A stretch of 64,000 bases of DNA from Elsinoe ampelina (GCA_010093995.1 ML992508.1:1343274-1407273); one strand, 5' to 3'; shown: positions 1 to 11,218, counted from the first letter of the stretch. Numbers and translations are program-made. Notes: generated by a model not told the origin, from the sequence alone.

Positions 1-2182
1 TTTATAGTTCTTACTTAGTAAAGATTATAGCCTTTAAGCTTCTCCTTTAAGTAGTATAATTACTTAATCTTAATTATGTCCTTAGTTCTATAAAGTTAAA
101 TACTAAGGAAAAGATTTAAGTTTATAATCTTTATTAGAAACTTAAGATAAAGATCTTTAACTAGCTTATCTATATACTTCTACCTAGTAGCAATAATCCT
201 AAAATTATTAATATATATAAGAACTATATAATACTTATTAATAAAGAGATAAGTATTACTATAGAATTTATTAAAACTAAGTAATAGAAGTGCCTTAACT
301 ATAGCGTTATACTAGAGAGTAGTAGCTTACTTAAGCCTATATAAGCTCTTTATAAGAATAATAAGCTTATTCTATTTACTAGGAATTAGTATACCTTCTA
401 GGTAGGAGATATAGTTCTTAATATTAATATCTAGTCTAAGGAATATAGTAACTATATTAGCTATTATAATAACCTAATTATAATAAAGAGTATATATAAG
501 AATTACTCTTCTAGTTTTAGCTCTTAGTATTAGTATAAAGGTTCTAATAAAGTTAATACCTACTCTTTAAGTAAAGCTCCTTATAGTCTAATAAGCCTTA
601 TATCTTTTAACTTTACTATTAGTAAGCCTCTTAGTCTTAAAGACCTATTTATCTATTATTAGTCTAATACCTCTTAGTGCCTATAATTTCTTAATAATTA
701 AAAAGGTTTTAGAGTTAGTTAGAGCCTTCTACTTTGCCTCTATTATAGCTTACTAGTAATAACCTTTAGGAGAGAATAGTATATCTTTTACTATTTATAG
801 ATCTAGCTTAAAATTAATAGCTATAGATCTAATAATCTTACTATTATTAAGTTTCTTATAATTAATCTAGTAATATGTTCTAAGGGACCTTCTAATAGTT
901 TCTTATAGTAAGAAAGATCTTTTTCTTTTACTAGTTAAAGGTTATAGGTTAAATAGTGTAATAAGGAAGTTAATATCCTTATTCTATATATATATTAGTA
1001 GTTAATTAATATTAACTATAGAATTAAAGGTTAAATGTAGTTTACTAATAACTTTAGGTAGTAGTATTATAAGGTCTTTACTCTTATAATTAGTAATAAT
1101 AAGTTACTTTCTCTATTTATTAATAGGTTAAGGATCTAGTTTAGAATGTTAGTATTACTCTCTCTATTCTTTAATAGAGGTAGATAATTGTTATTTATAT
1201 CTAGGAATTAAAGGGTAGTTAGATAATAGTTGTTTAGCTTAAAGTTATTTAGCTTAAGTAGTTTATAGATTCTTATAACTAAAGGGTAGTTAATTATAGC
1301 TATAGTCTTAATTATAATTACTACTAAATATCTACTCTCTCTAAAGCTATAAAGCCTTAGGTTATTATACCTATAGGATATATAGCTATTTAATAACTTA
1401 TGTTACTTAGTCTTTATAGACTATATTCTTATTAAATGTTATATAGAGTAATATAATAATCTTTCCCTTCTAGACTTACTAAGTATAATACTAATAAGGT
1501 ATTTAAATAAGGTAATTAGTTATTAAGTTATTCTATATACTAATATACTAACTAAGTAGTACTCTAGCTTAGAATTTATATAATTTAGAAACATATTAGT
1601 TATAGACATAGACTCTATAGCTAAAGCATCTAATGTAAGTTAATAAGACTAGCTTATTATTATTAAGAAGATTCTTTCTTAGCTCTTATATAGAGATCTT
1701 CTTAGTTTTAGTATAGGTAATTCTATTACTAATATAGATTATAAACTCTATAACTATATACTAGAGTTTAAGGGGTGCTCTATAATTAATAAAGATATAC
1801 CTTATTCTAAGAATAACTACTTTGTTAGTAGCCTTAGATTTACTATTTTAGTATTAAGTATTAGGTATAGAGATATTCTATCTCTACTCTTTAAAATAAA
1901 TAGCTATTACTAGTTTATAGTTCTTAAATTTACCTCCTCTATTAGAGATAAAGATAAATAAAAGCTTATTATAGGCTATTTTATTCCTTATATAGATAAG
2001 TTTAATTACTACTAGTATATTACTCTTAAGGAAAAGAATAGTAATAAACTTATACTTACTCTTACTATATATTATAAAGAGAAGATATTTATAGCCCTTA
2101 CTTAACTATAGTTTAATAGCTAGATTTACTCTTATAGTCTATAGCTTCTATAGTTTTAGCCTTATAGGTAATTCCTTATAGT

Positions 2183-2438
2183 NNNNNNNNNNNNNNNNNN
2201 NNNNNNNNNNNNNNNNNNNNNNNNNNNNNNNNNNNNNNNNNNNNNNNNNNNNNNNNNNNNNNNNNNNNNNNNNNNNNNNNNNNNNNNNNNNNNNNNNNNN
2301 NNNNNNNNNNNNNNNNNNNNNNNNNNNNNNNNNNNNNNNNNNNNNNNNNNNNNNNNNNNNNNNNNNNNNNNNNNNNNNNNNNNNNNNNNNNNNNNNNNNN
2401 NNNNNNNNNNNNNNNNNNNNNNNNNNNNNNNNNNNNNN
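2183..2438. other. Assembly gap (256 N) inside the retrotransposon
   Basis: Run of n characters. Confidence 1.
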
Positions 2439-3757
2439 ACCTTTATATACTTTAATTATTAAGAACTATAACCTGTCTTTAATAAAGTGCCTTAATACAC
2501 TAGAGTTATAGATTACTCTATTCTTACTATAGGTTAAGAATAATAATATAGATACTACTACTACTCTATAGACTAGTATAATAATATTAATATTAGTGTT
2601 AGAGTGTTTATCTAATTTACCTAACTTAGTAGATTCTCTAGATTCTTTAATAGCTACTTAACCTCTAACTTTCTTAGTCTTTAACTTATTACCTTTACCT
2701 CTAGCCTTTATATCTTTATTATTTAATCTATCTTTATTATCTCTTTTACTTTAACTCTTTAGTACTTTCTTAGAGTACTACTTAAAGTAATCTATATTAG
2801 AGTAGATATAATAAGTATACTAAGTGTATTAATCCTTAATATAACTAGCTACTCTATAAATAGAGTTTAGATTAGTTCTTCTATTATATAAAAACTTCTA
2901 TATTCTAAGAGAGCCTATTATCTCTTTAAGACTCTTCTTATAGTTAAGGCTAGATCTCTAGCTCCTTAACTATTTAGTAGTCTCTATTCCTATAATAAAT
3001 ATAGTCTTAATATAGTATAGAGAGAGCCTAAACTTATCTAGTTTAGTACTAATAGTGCTTACTCTTTACTCTATAGTAATAGTATATTAATAATAGTACT
3101 TTATAAAATCTTTATAGTACCTTTAGGTATTATAACTTATTATAATTACCTTATTAAGGTTATAGATAGCTATATATAGCTTATATAAAATAATAGGTTT
3201 AAATGTAGCTTTAATAGTATCTAGAAGTTTCTTTAAAGTCTTCTAAGTTATACTATAGTAAGGTCTAATAGATTTATAAATTCTTATTATAATAATACTA
3301 TAAGTAATTCTATTATTCTTATACTAGGTCTTATTCCTAACTTTATAAATTGCCTTAGTGCCTTTACTAGTATCTAGAGCTAGTTCTTTAGGCTTTATAA
3401 CTACTAGTATCTAGTTAATATTATAAATTATATATCTAAGTATATCCTTTTTAAGGAGGGCTACCTTAAGGATTAATCTTTAAGTATTATAGTTGCTTTC
3501 TCTCTTAAGAATCTAAGTCTCGAGCATTTTTGCTAATCTAGACATAATAATAGTAATTAGCTAAAGGCTTATTAATTTAATTAATGTAATTAGCTTATTT
3601 AAGCTATTTAAGCTGTTTAATTAAAGGGTTAATACGGGCTACTATAAGTGTTTATCTTAATGTAGCTAGTCTAGAATTCAGTGTAGGCGGCTTAGTAATT
3701 CTTTTAATAATAATATACTTAATTTGCTATAGCTTTAAGTGCTTTTATAGAAGCGCC

Positions 3758-3769
3758 GGGCTTATAACC
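3758..3769 (-). other. Primer binding site of the copia element
   Basis: The minus strand reads GGTTATAAGCCC immediately after the LTR terminus ...TAACA. This is one G>A (RIP-type) change from the GGTTATGAGCCC PBS typical of copia elements. Confidence 0.85.
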
Positions 3770-3914
3770 TGTTATAACTCCTGGCAAATCGGATCGAGAG
3801 ACGTGTGTTTTATTCAGAGAGTTACAATAACCGATTTATCTACTGTGCGTGCGCTGACTCATTAGTGCCAGTTCTTCAGTACCAGAGAAGCTGTACCAGC
3901 CTTCCATTACAACA
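3770..3914 (-). repeat. 5' LTR (145 bp) of the copia element
   Basis: Termini TGTTG...TAACA on the minus strand, abutting the PBS. Minus-strand TAGATAAAT (3842-3834) is followed by AATAAA (3814-3809), matching U3-R-U5 order. The partner LTR is outside the window. Confidence 0.8.
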
Positions 3915-4043
3915 TCACAAACTCGGAGGCTCGGCCCGTCGATCGGCGGATGAGATTGAGAACCCTGATTTGACACCTCTCCACAGCTTCACTTTTTGCG
4001 ACAACCAATTACTCTGCGACTCGACGCACACGCTCGATCGAAC

Positions 4044-6080
4044 ATGTCGTGGCGCAACCAAGGTATCACTGGCAGCAACAACATCCCTCTGGGTAGTCGC
4101 CGTAGGTTCGGTGGTGATGATGGACCCGACGGCTCGCCTATGGATGGGGGAGCTCCAGAACAGAGCTTGAAGAGAGGGCGCAGTCCGGTGAGAGGTGAGT
4201 CGACCACCACACGTCGAATCGTGTTCGAGAAACCAACATTCGATACAGAGCTCAATCCGGACGGCACGAAGAAGAGGAAGAAGAGAAACCGATGGGGCGA
4301 AGCCAAAGAGAACAAGGCAGCAGGTCTGATGAACCTTCCAACAGCAGTCCTAGGGAACATGACTTCCGAGCAGCTGGATGCCTACACTCTTCATCTTCGT
4401 ATCGAGGAGATCAGTCAGAAGCTGAGAATCAATGATGTTGTCCCAGCCGATGGCGATAGGTCGGTTACCTACAGAATGAGGGCCAGCGCAAAGACTGACA
4501 CATTGGACAGATCTCCTTCCCCTCCTCCGCAATATGACAACTTCGGTCGCCGTGTCAATACACGTGAATATCGTTACAAGAAGAAGCTTGAAGACGAGCG
4601 CCACAAATTGGTCGAAAAAGCTATCAAGATTATCCCGGGATACCATCCACCGTCAGACTACCGCCGTCCTACCAAGACCCAAGAAAAGGTCTATGTGCCG
4701 GTCAATGATTACCCAGAAATTAACTTCAGTACGATAACTAACCCTCACACTTCTAACATAACCCCTATCTTTAGTCACTGCCATCGGCTGCTGTTATGCT
4801 CCTTGATACATATCAAGAGCTTGACGCAGTTGATCCAGAGAGCTACTTACACTTTGTATTTCTTTAACAGAACATGATGACTAACACTTTATCTCTTACT
4901 AACAGTCGGTCTGCTTATTGGACCTCGTGGCAACACGTTAAAGAAGATGGAAGCCGAATCCGGCGCAAAGATCGCCATTCGCGGAAAGGGCTCCGTCAAG
5001 GAAGGAAAGGGTCGTTCTGACGCCGCTCACGCCAGCAACCAGGAAGAAGATCTGCACTGCCTGATCATGGCCGATACCGAGGACAAGATCGAACGGGCCA
5101 AGAAGGCAATCCACAATGTCATCGAGACTGTAAGTAAAGCTCCTTCCCTGTCATTGCTGTTGATCGCTGACATATTACAGGCTGCCTCTATTCCAGAAGG
5201 CCAGAACGAGCTGAAGCGCAACCAGCTCCGTGAGCTCGCAGCTCTTAACGGTACGTTACGTGACGATGAAAACCAAGCCTGCCAGAACTGTGGTGAGATT
5301 GGCCACCGCAAGTACGACTGCCCGCAGCAACGCAACTACACGGCAAACATCATCTGCCGTGTCTGCGGCAACGCTGGACACATGGCTCGCGACTGTCCAG
5401 ACAGACAGCGTGGCCAGAATTGGCGTAACGATGGACCACCTCAGCGTCCGATGATCGGCGCTGGTACTGGAGAGGCCGATCTCGACTCGTTCCTCAGCGA
5501 GCTCTCTGGACAGCCTAACAAGCGTATCGAGGCGGGACCTGCTGGAGGCGCCGGTGGAGCAAAACCATGGGAGCGAAGCGGTGGAGGCGGAGGTGGAGGC
5601 TCAGCTCCTTGGGCATCCGGAGGGCAAGGTGGTGGCGGTGGTGGTGGAGCTGCTCCTTGGGCTTCCGGCGGTGGCCGTGGTGGAGGTCGCGATAGCTACA
5701 GTGGAGGGTATGGCGGCGGTTCCAGCGGCGGCTCTGCCCCGTGGGGTCAACAGGGAGGTGGCCAGGGAGGCTATGGAGGGCAAAGCGGATACGGTCAACA
5801 AGCCGGCGGCTACGGCCAGCAAGGTGGAGGCTATGGTCAGCAAAGTTATGCCCAACAGAGTGGAGGCTACGGCTATGGAGGATACGACAATGCCAGCTAC
5901 GGACAGGTTCCTGGTTCTGCTCCTTGGCAGTCCGGAGGTGCTCCTCCGCCTCCACCTCCAGGCGGAGATGCCCCTCCGCCACCAGTAAGTTAAAATCCTT
6001 TTCCAAGGATGATGGCATCGTACTAACATATTTAGCCGCCTGGTCAAGACGCTCCCCCACCTCCACCGCCTGGAGCATAG
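4044..6080 (+). CDS. MSL5: Branchpoint-bridging protein / splicing factor 1 (KH-QUA2, two CCHC zinc knuckles, Gly/Pro-rich tail); introns 4460-4510, 4729-4905, 5130-5180, 5985-6035
   Basis: Motifs KRKKRNRW (ULM), RSPSPPP, spliced INFIGLLIGPRGNTLKKME...IRGKGS (KH), LKRNQLRELAALNGTLR (QUA2), CQNCGEIGHRKYDC and CRVCGNAGHMARDC. GT-AG introns restore the frame. Confidence 0.96.
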
Positions 6081-6331
6081 ATCCAGCCTTGGCGATATCC
6101 CCCGTTGCCAACGACGTCAGCACATGCGCAGGTCACCTCAACGCTGTGCTCAGCACTCCCAACCAAGATCAACAAGCGTTCAGGTGTGGCATATAAGACC
6201 GCTGAAGTAGCCAAAATGCATTTCCCTTTCTCTCATCTCGATCTGTCCCGTCCCAACTTCCCCCTCCTCAGATTCCGGCTATGTACAATCCTCTACGTTC
6301 CCATCCCCTCCCCTCCACCAGCCCCAGCCAT

Positions 6332-7119
6332 CTACGTATACGTATGCGCCTGAATCGCAATCTCAGCAATAGTCCACGTCTTCCCCCCATCAGCAGTGAC
6401 CATAGTCCCCGTCGCCCCCGTCGTGCCCTTTGTCCGAATATAGTTCGGATCCGCCTTATCCATGATCAGTTTCGTGTCGATGTACTTGTGTGCCGGCGCG
6501 GTTCCGCAGGCTGAGGATTGGCATTCTACGGACGTGCCCCAGCCGAGAGCTTTGCCGCTGGTGGTGGAGAGGCGGGAGACGACGGCGCCGTTGAGGGAGA
6601 CGGTTTGGTCGTACTTGCGGGTGGAGTCGTTGTATTTGTCTTTGGAGGTTCAGTGGGGTTGGGAATGGGGAGTTGGGTGGCGGGAGAGGGGCAAGGGAAA
6701 GGGTGAGGAGACGTGTGGGGAGAACATGGGAGGGTGAGGGACGTACAGTGCATTGTCACCTTTGATCCTGCGGAGGCTGGCACGGCGGTGCCCATTTTTT
6801 GCGTATCCTGGAGCGTGCTGGTTACGATACACCACTGGCCTGTAGCGGCGACGCAGCCTGCTGTTCCACCGGCGACGGAGATGGCGAGAGCTTGAATCAG
6901 TTGGTTCTCGCTAGTCCCCATTCCCGCCCACAGAGAGAGGTTGCCCTTTTGTGGTTTGTTGGTGGCGGGGAGGACGAGGGTGGTGGTGGCCTCGCGGATG
7001 AAGGAGCCGCTGGCTGTCGGACCGGTGGAGAGGGCGTTTGAGAAATGCCAGCCGTAGTCACCTCGAGCCAAGGCGAGGGAAGCGGCTGTCAGGAGGAGGA
7101 TAGAGCTGGTGGACTTCAT
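6332..7119 (-). CDS. Small secreted beta-rich protein, possibly a divergent G1 (eqolisin)/concanavalin-A-fold peptidase; intron 6640-6746
   Basis: Signal peptide MKSTSSILLLTAASLALA. Exon 2 reads YKYNDSTRKYDQTVSLNG...GWGTSVECQSSACG...DGGKTWTIAEI to TAG at 6332-6334. TATA-like run near 7188-7195. Confidence 0.85.
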
Positions 7120-7390
7120 GGCTGCGGATGAAGATGTGCAGAGGTGAATGTGGTGGGCTTGGAGCAAATGGAAATGAAGGAGTGACTATATATACTACCG
7201 GAGTACACTAATAGGAAGAGATAGTAATTAGAAGGCTCTAGGGACGGTCAAGGGCATGATATACACATTTTAATAGGGTTTTGTATGCAGCGAAAAGACA
7301 AACGACGAAAGAAGCCTTGTTTCCCGTCGAGAGATGCATGTCCCGCAGGGGCATAGCTCCCCAAAGCCAAGTTTCGAAGCTTGTTTAGTA

Positions 7391-7906
7391 CGGAGGGTCA
7401 TAGCGGCCAAAGCTCAAGTACTTTGAAACTCTGAAATCGCACATTCTGCGTAGTTGTAGCACACGCTTTGAGGCTATTAGTGTAACTAATACAGAAATAT
7501 GTTTTTATATGCGTTTATATCAAGCCGTGATACACGTTATAAGAATTGCGATTTGGATGATTTTGAACTTGTCAATTCTCGCAGATCTGAGATGTACGGT
7601 GCGCCAAATCTATGCTTCACAGCAGGCGATTTGGCTCACCGTACACTCCGGATTCTTCAGAATTGATAAGATCTCAAATCGCTACTTTTTAGTATAGCGT
7701 AGGGGCGTAACAGTATATTAATGAGATCTATTAATTTTACCTATAATAGCCTCGATAATTACGAGTAGAACGATACATACTACGCATCTTACATAGCTAT
7801 ATCGCCCGACATACTTGACTGCTAAAACATTGACTTTTGGTGAGGAGCAACAACTTTGAACTTTTGAAATCCAAATCACTTGAGCTTTGGCCGCTATAAC
7901 CTTCCG
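7391..7906. mobile_element. Non-autonomous TIR element (MITE-like, 516 bp) with a long internal palindrome
   Basis: Left TIR CGGAGGGTCATAGCGGCCAAAGCTCAAGT (7391-7419) and right TIR ACTTGAGCTTTGGCCGCTATAACCTTCCG (7878-7906) are 27/29 reverse-complement identical. TA lies on the left flank and TC on the right. No coding capacity. Confidence 0.8.
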
Positions 7907-8005
7907 TCTTTAGCCGATGAACAGCCAGATGTCCTCCAACTGCTTCTCCAACGAGCATCCGAAGCTAGTTGGACAGCAGCGTCAAGTTGCATACGGCATT
8001 CTTAC

Positions 8006-11000
8006 ATGGCGGAGAAGCTGTCCAAGTCCCAGTGTATACTGCTGGCAGTCAACTTTGCGTCAGACTCCCAGGCTCAAGCTCTACGCCAATTATTCCTCCT
8101 CCGATCGAAGGACCTCCCGCCGGAACTTGTCCTCCGCATAGTCCTCACCTATCTACCTGGAGTCACGCCGCCAGCACAATACGGTGACCTGATTGAGGCA
8201 GTCACTTCAGCGGATCTCCCAGATATCGACTCGTCCACGCCGCTCGATGTCTCGTTCATTAATGGCATCTCCGAAAAGACCGCAAACAAATGGCTGCGGA
8301 ACCTCACACTTCTTCCACTGAGCCCTCCCTCATGGCCTGCAGGTGCTCCAGATGACATTCTTACAAGGTTTCTGTGCCACCGAGGATACCGGATAGATGA
8401 AGAGACGGGTCTCATAACACTCTTGCCAGATCTGGTACGGCCATTCCTACAACAATCAGAATATCTCCGGCTTTGGTTCATCTCGGCTGTCCTGCCTTTG
8501 CTGAGGCTACAACACGAGTACTATCTGGACACAGAACCTGCTGCTAAGTTGACCGTGGAAGCATTCGAAAAGATTGATGGGTACCATGGGACTGAGCTCC
8601 TACTCTCAGGCACGAGAAATGACGATGATGACGTCGGCGCATCCTCAGAAAGTGCAGGGAACATTGGAAGGGATTTGAAGTGCTTGGTTGGACCTTGGCT
8701 ATATGGGCATACCTCCAGGAAGAGGCGTAAGCTCAATGGTCATTCAACGTCGGAGTCAGAAGGACAATTGAGTTCACCGGAGAGCCAAGGGAAGACAGAC
8801 CACAGCTGGGAGCACGTAAATGCCTGGCTCGTCCGGACTGCTACCTCTGACTTTGCCACGGCTACTGCTGCGATCGATGATTGGGACGGCCCGATCGACG
8901 TGGATCTTGGTGGTTATGCGAACAGTGGCGAGCTGATGGACGAGGATGAACGTGCTCATGTCGAAAGGCGCTATGCGCAAGCATCAATCGCTTGCTGCTA
9001 CGCGGTCGGTGCAAATACAGAAGAAGCCGTGAGAGGGGCGCATGGAGTCCTCAGTCGCCTATCCGAATTATTGGATTTTGAACCACCACCGGACTTGGCT
9101 ACAAGTGTGGAGCAGCTGCCTCATGTCGACACACACATGTCCGAGATACATGCGACCGATTCGTTGCTATTTCTGGAGCCTGACAGGTTGATGGACGAGA
9201 GGCACCCACTTACGGAACCTACGTTGGCAGCATACATGCTTCTACAGATGCTGGTCTACTCGGCATACCAATTATTGAGCCTCGATCACCCCATCTCGAT
9301 TGTCAATGTCACTAAACTGCGATTTTTCTCGGACGAGGGAGAGCAATTACCCCTACTTAAGAAGATATTACACAGTCGTTCACAACAAGGGAAGAGGGAT
9401 GAACTGGAATGGCTGAATGACCGAGCAAAATTATTGTGGTTGTGGAATTGGAACATTGACCCCGATGAGCATGCGCAGCGAGGCTCGGGACCGCTTGGAA
9501 ATATCCCGAAGGAGACTCTTGAACGCGAGATCATGGTCGGTATGCTCGCAACAGGAAGTGAGTTGCCCAATGTCCTTGCGGTTGAATTTGGAGGCTTACA
9601 AATTCCAGACTATCACCTTGTGGAGAAAGTATACATTCACGCAAAAGATCGCAAACACAGATTAAACAATGACGATCTCGAGGAGATAATCCTAAACGAA
9701 GCAATGAAAAGCTACGACAATGCCAGCAATGGTAACAAGAATCGCGGCAACATGAAAAAGGCAGATGATCTGTGAGTGCTCGCCTTTAAACTCGAAGAAA
9801 ATGTGGACTGATCTCTCCACAGCGCTGCATTCTTCCTGCGTTTGTTCCCAGAGAGCCTCGGGATTGCACGTGTATCAGCACTGATACATGCGACTCATTC
9901 CATGTCGTTCTACTCGCTCTCTCTGCAACACGGCGTGCCCTTCCAGCCAGTCGCGATCAGAGCATCTTCAGATCCACTGACATTCATCGAGCTCATCCTT
10001 GAGCAAAACCCACGCTCTTTTACCAAGCTTGATGATTTGATCAACATTGGTCGCAACCTTGCCATTGCAGCCCCTGAAACCGACATTACCACGCCGCCTT
10101 CATACCAGCTCCAACAAAAGCCAAAGTCTGATGTCGCTCAGCGAGCCGAGAGGAGGGTGATCTACATGTGCATCTCCTCGGCACTCGCATCTGGTGATTT
10201 CGACACTGCTTACTCATATCTGACCTCTCGCCTCCAACCGAGCTTCGCTTTGCCGGAGAGCACGAAACCATCCAAAACGCTACCGGAAAAGGAAGAGGAT
10301 GACATCTCATGGCGAGCAGCTTTTCTGGCAGGACGCACAGCGCCCACTTCGCAAGCACAGTCGCTAGATGCACGCATCCGTCGCCTTGAGCAGCGGACTG
10401 AGCTTCTGTCGTTAGCCATGCTTCTTGCTCCGACTTCGTCACTGATTGAGATTCTCGGTGTGTACCGTCGAGTGGAGGAGGAAATGACAGCACTTCTCGC
10501 TCAACAAGCGGCGGAGGAGGAAGAGCACGATTCTGTGCTGGACCGTCAACGAGCCGGCCAGGCCAATGCGAGCGTACTTCCTGGAGGTTTTGGTGGCGGC
10601 GATGTGTTCGACGGCAGGACATTCAATCAGACGACTCGAGCTGTCGGCAACTTTAGCAGAGGCTACAACAGCACCGAGGCGGCGCAGAAGCCGCGTCTCG
10701 CTGTCCGTGGCGAGGAAGAGGCTCCAGTCGGTTTGTTCGACCTGGCTAGGGGCGCTGCCAGTGCCTTGGGAAGGAATGCTTTCCCACTTCGATCGGCGAG
10801 CGGCGCATCGTCAATCAAAGAGGCAAGCACAAAGACATCACCTCAGCAGAGACAAGCACCTTTCGTTTCCCAAACTGTCAGCAAGGCCACGCCTGCGGCA
10901 CCGGCAGATGACGAAGGCGATGAATGGGGAGCGTGGGGCGAGGAGGATGCCACTGCTAAGCCATCAGCAAAGGAGGGCGACGACGAAGGCGAAGCATGGG

Positions 11001-11218
11001 GCTGGAACGACGAGACTGCTTCACCGCGGCCTGGATCCAGCGGGACAGGAGGCTGGGGCGCAAGCTCTTTCCACTCCGAAGGCTCCGGCGGTGAGAGGAG
11101 GAGCGGTGAGAGGGTGCGGAGACGAGACATGGTCGCCAATGCAGTCACGGGCGGCCTGGCGAGTGGGATCGGATGGGTGCTTGGAGCTACCCCGGCCGAT
11201 CAGCAAGACAAGAGGTAA
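8006..11218 (+). CDS. SEC39: Sec39-domain protein (Dsl1 tethering complex); introns 9558-9608, 9772-9822
   Basis: Long helical ORFs joined by GT-AG introns. Motifs YDNASNGNKNRGNMKKA and ATHSMSFYSLSLQHGVPFQPVAIR, and the C-terminal GGLASGIGWVLGA, are typical of Pezizomycotina Sec39. Confidence 0.85.

Larger units (their letters stand above)
1..3914 (-). mobile_element. RIP-inactivated Ty1/copia LTR retrotransposon (5' LTR-PBS-gag-PR-INT-RT; 3' part runs off the window start)
   Basis: Extremely AT-rich with TpA excess and CpA/TpG depletion (RIP). Minus-strand translation gives degenerate copia motifs in copia order. Protease: IYNSSVLRHF (~2480-2515; IxDSGAS.H). Integrase: ISNRGGKF (~1925-1950; SDxGGEF) and PNT*Y*NSKSKATN (~1820-1870; PxTPQQNGxSExxN). 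RT: K*VFKTK...RYKAY*TIRSFT*RVGINF (~545-650), NIVTIFL (DVxTAFL), KSLYRLK*A (KSLYGLKQA) and YINN (YVDD, ~203-215). Confidence 0.93.

Noticed and set aside
2465..2478. CTATAACCTGT, resembling a second LTR/PBS junction
   Set aside because: Falls in frame within the protease-motif region (KDRL*F) and lacks the GCCC of the PBS.
4874..4880. ATGATGA (box C-like) in MSL5 intron 2, suggesting a C/D snoRNA
   Set aside because: No CTGA box D follows within the intron and only 25 nt remain before the acceptor. No clear H/ACA boxes flank the hairpin either.
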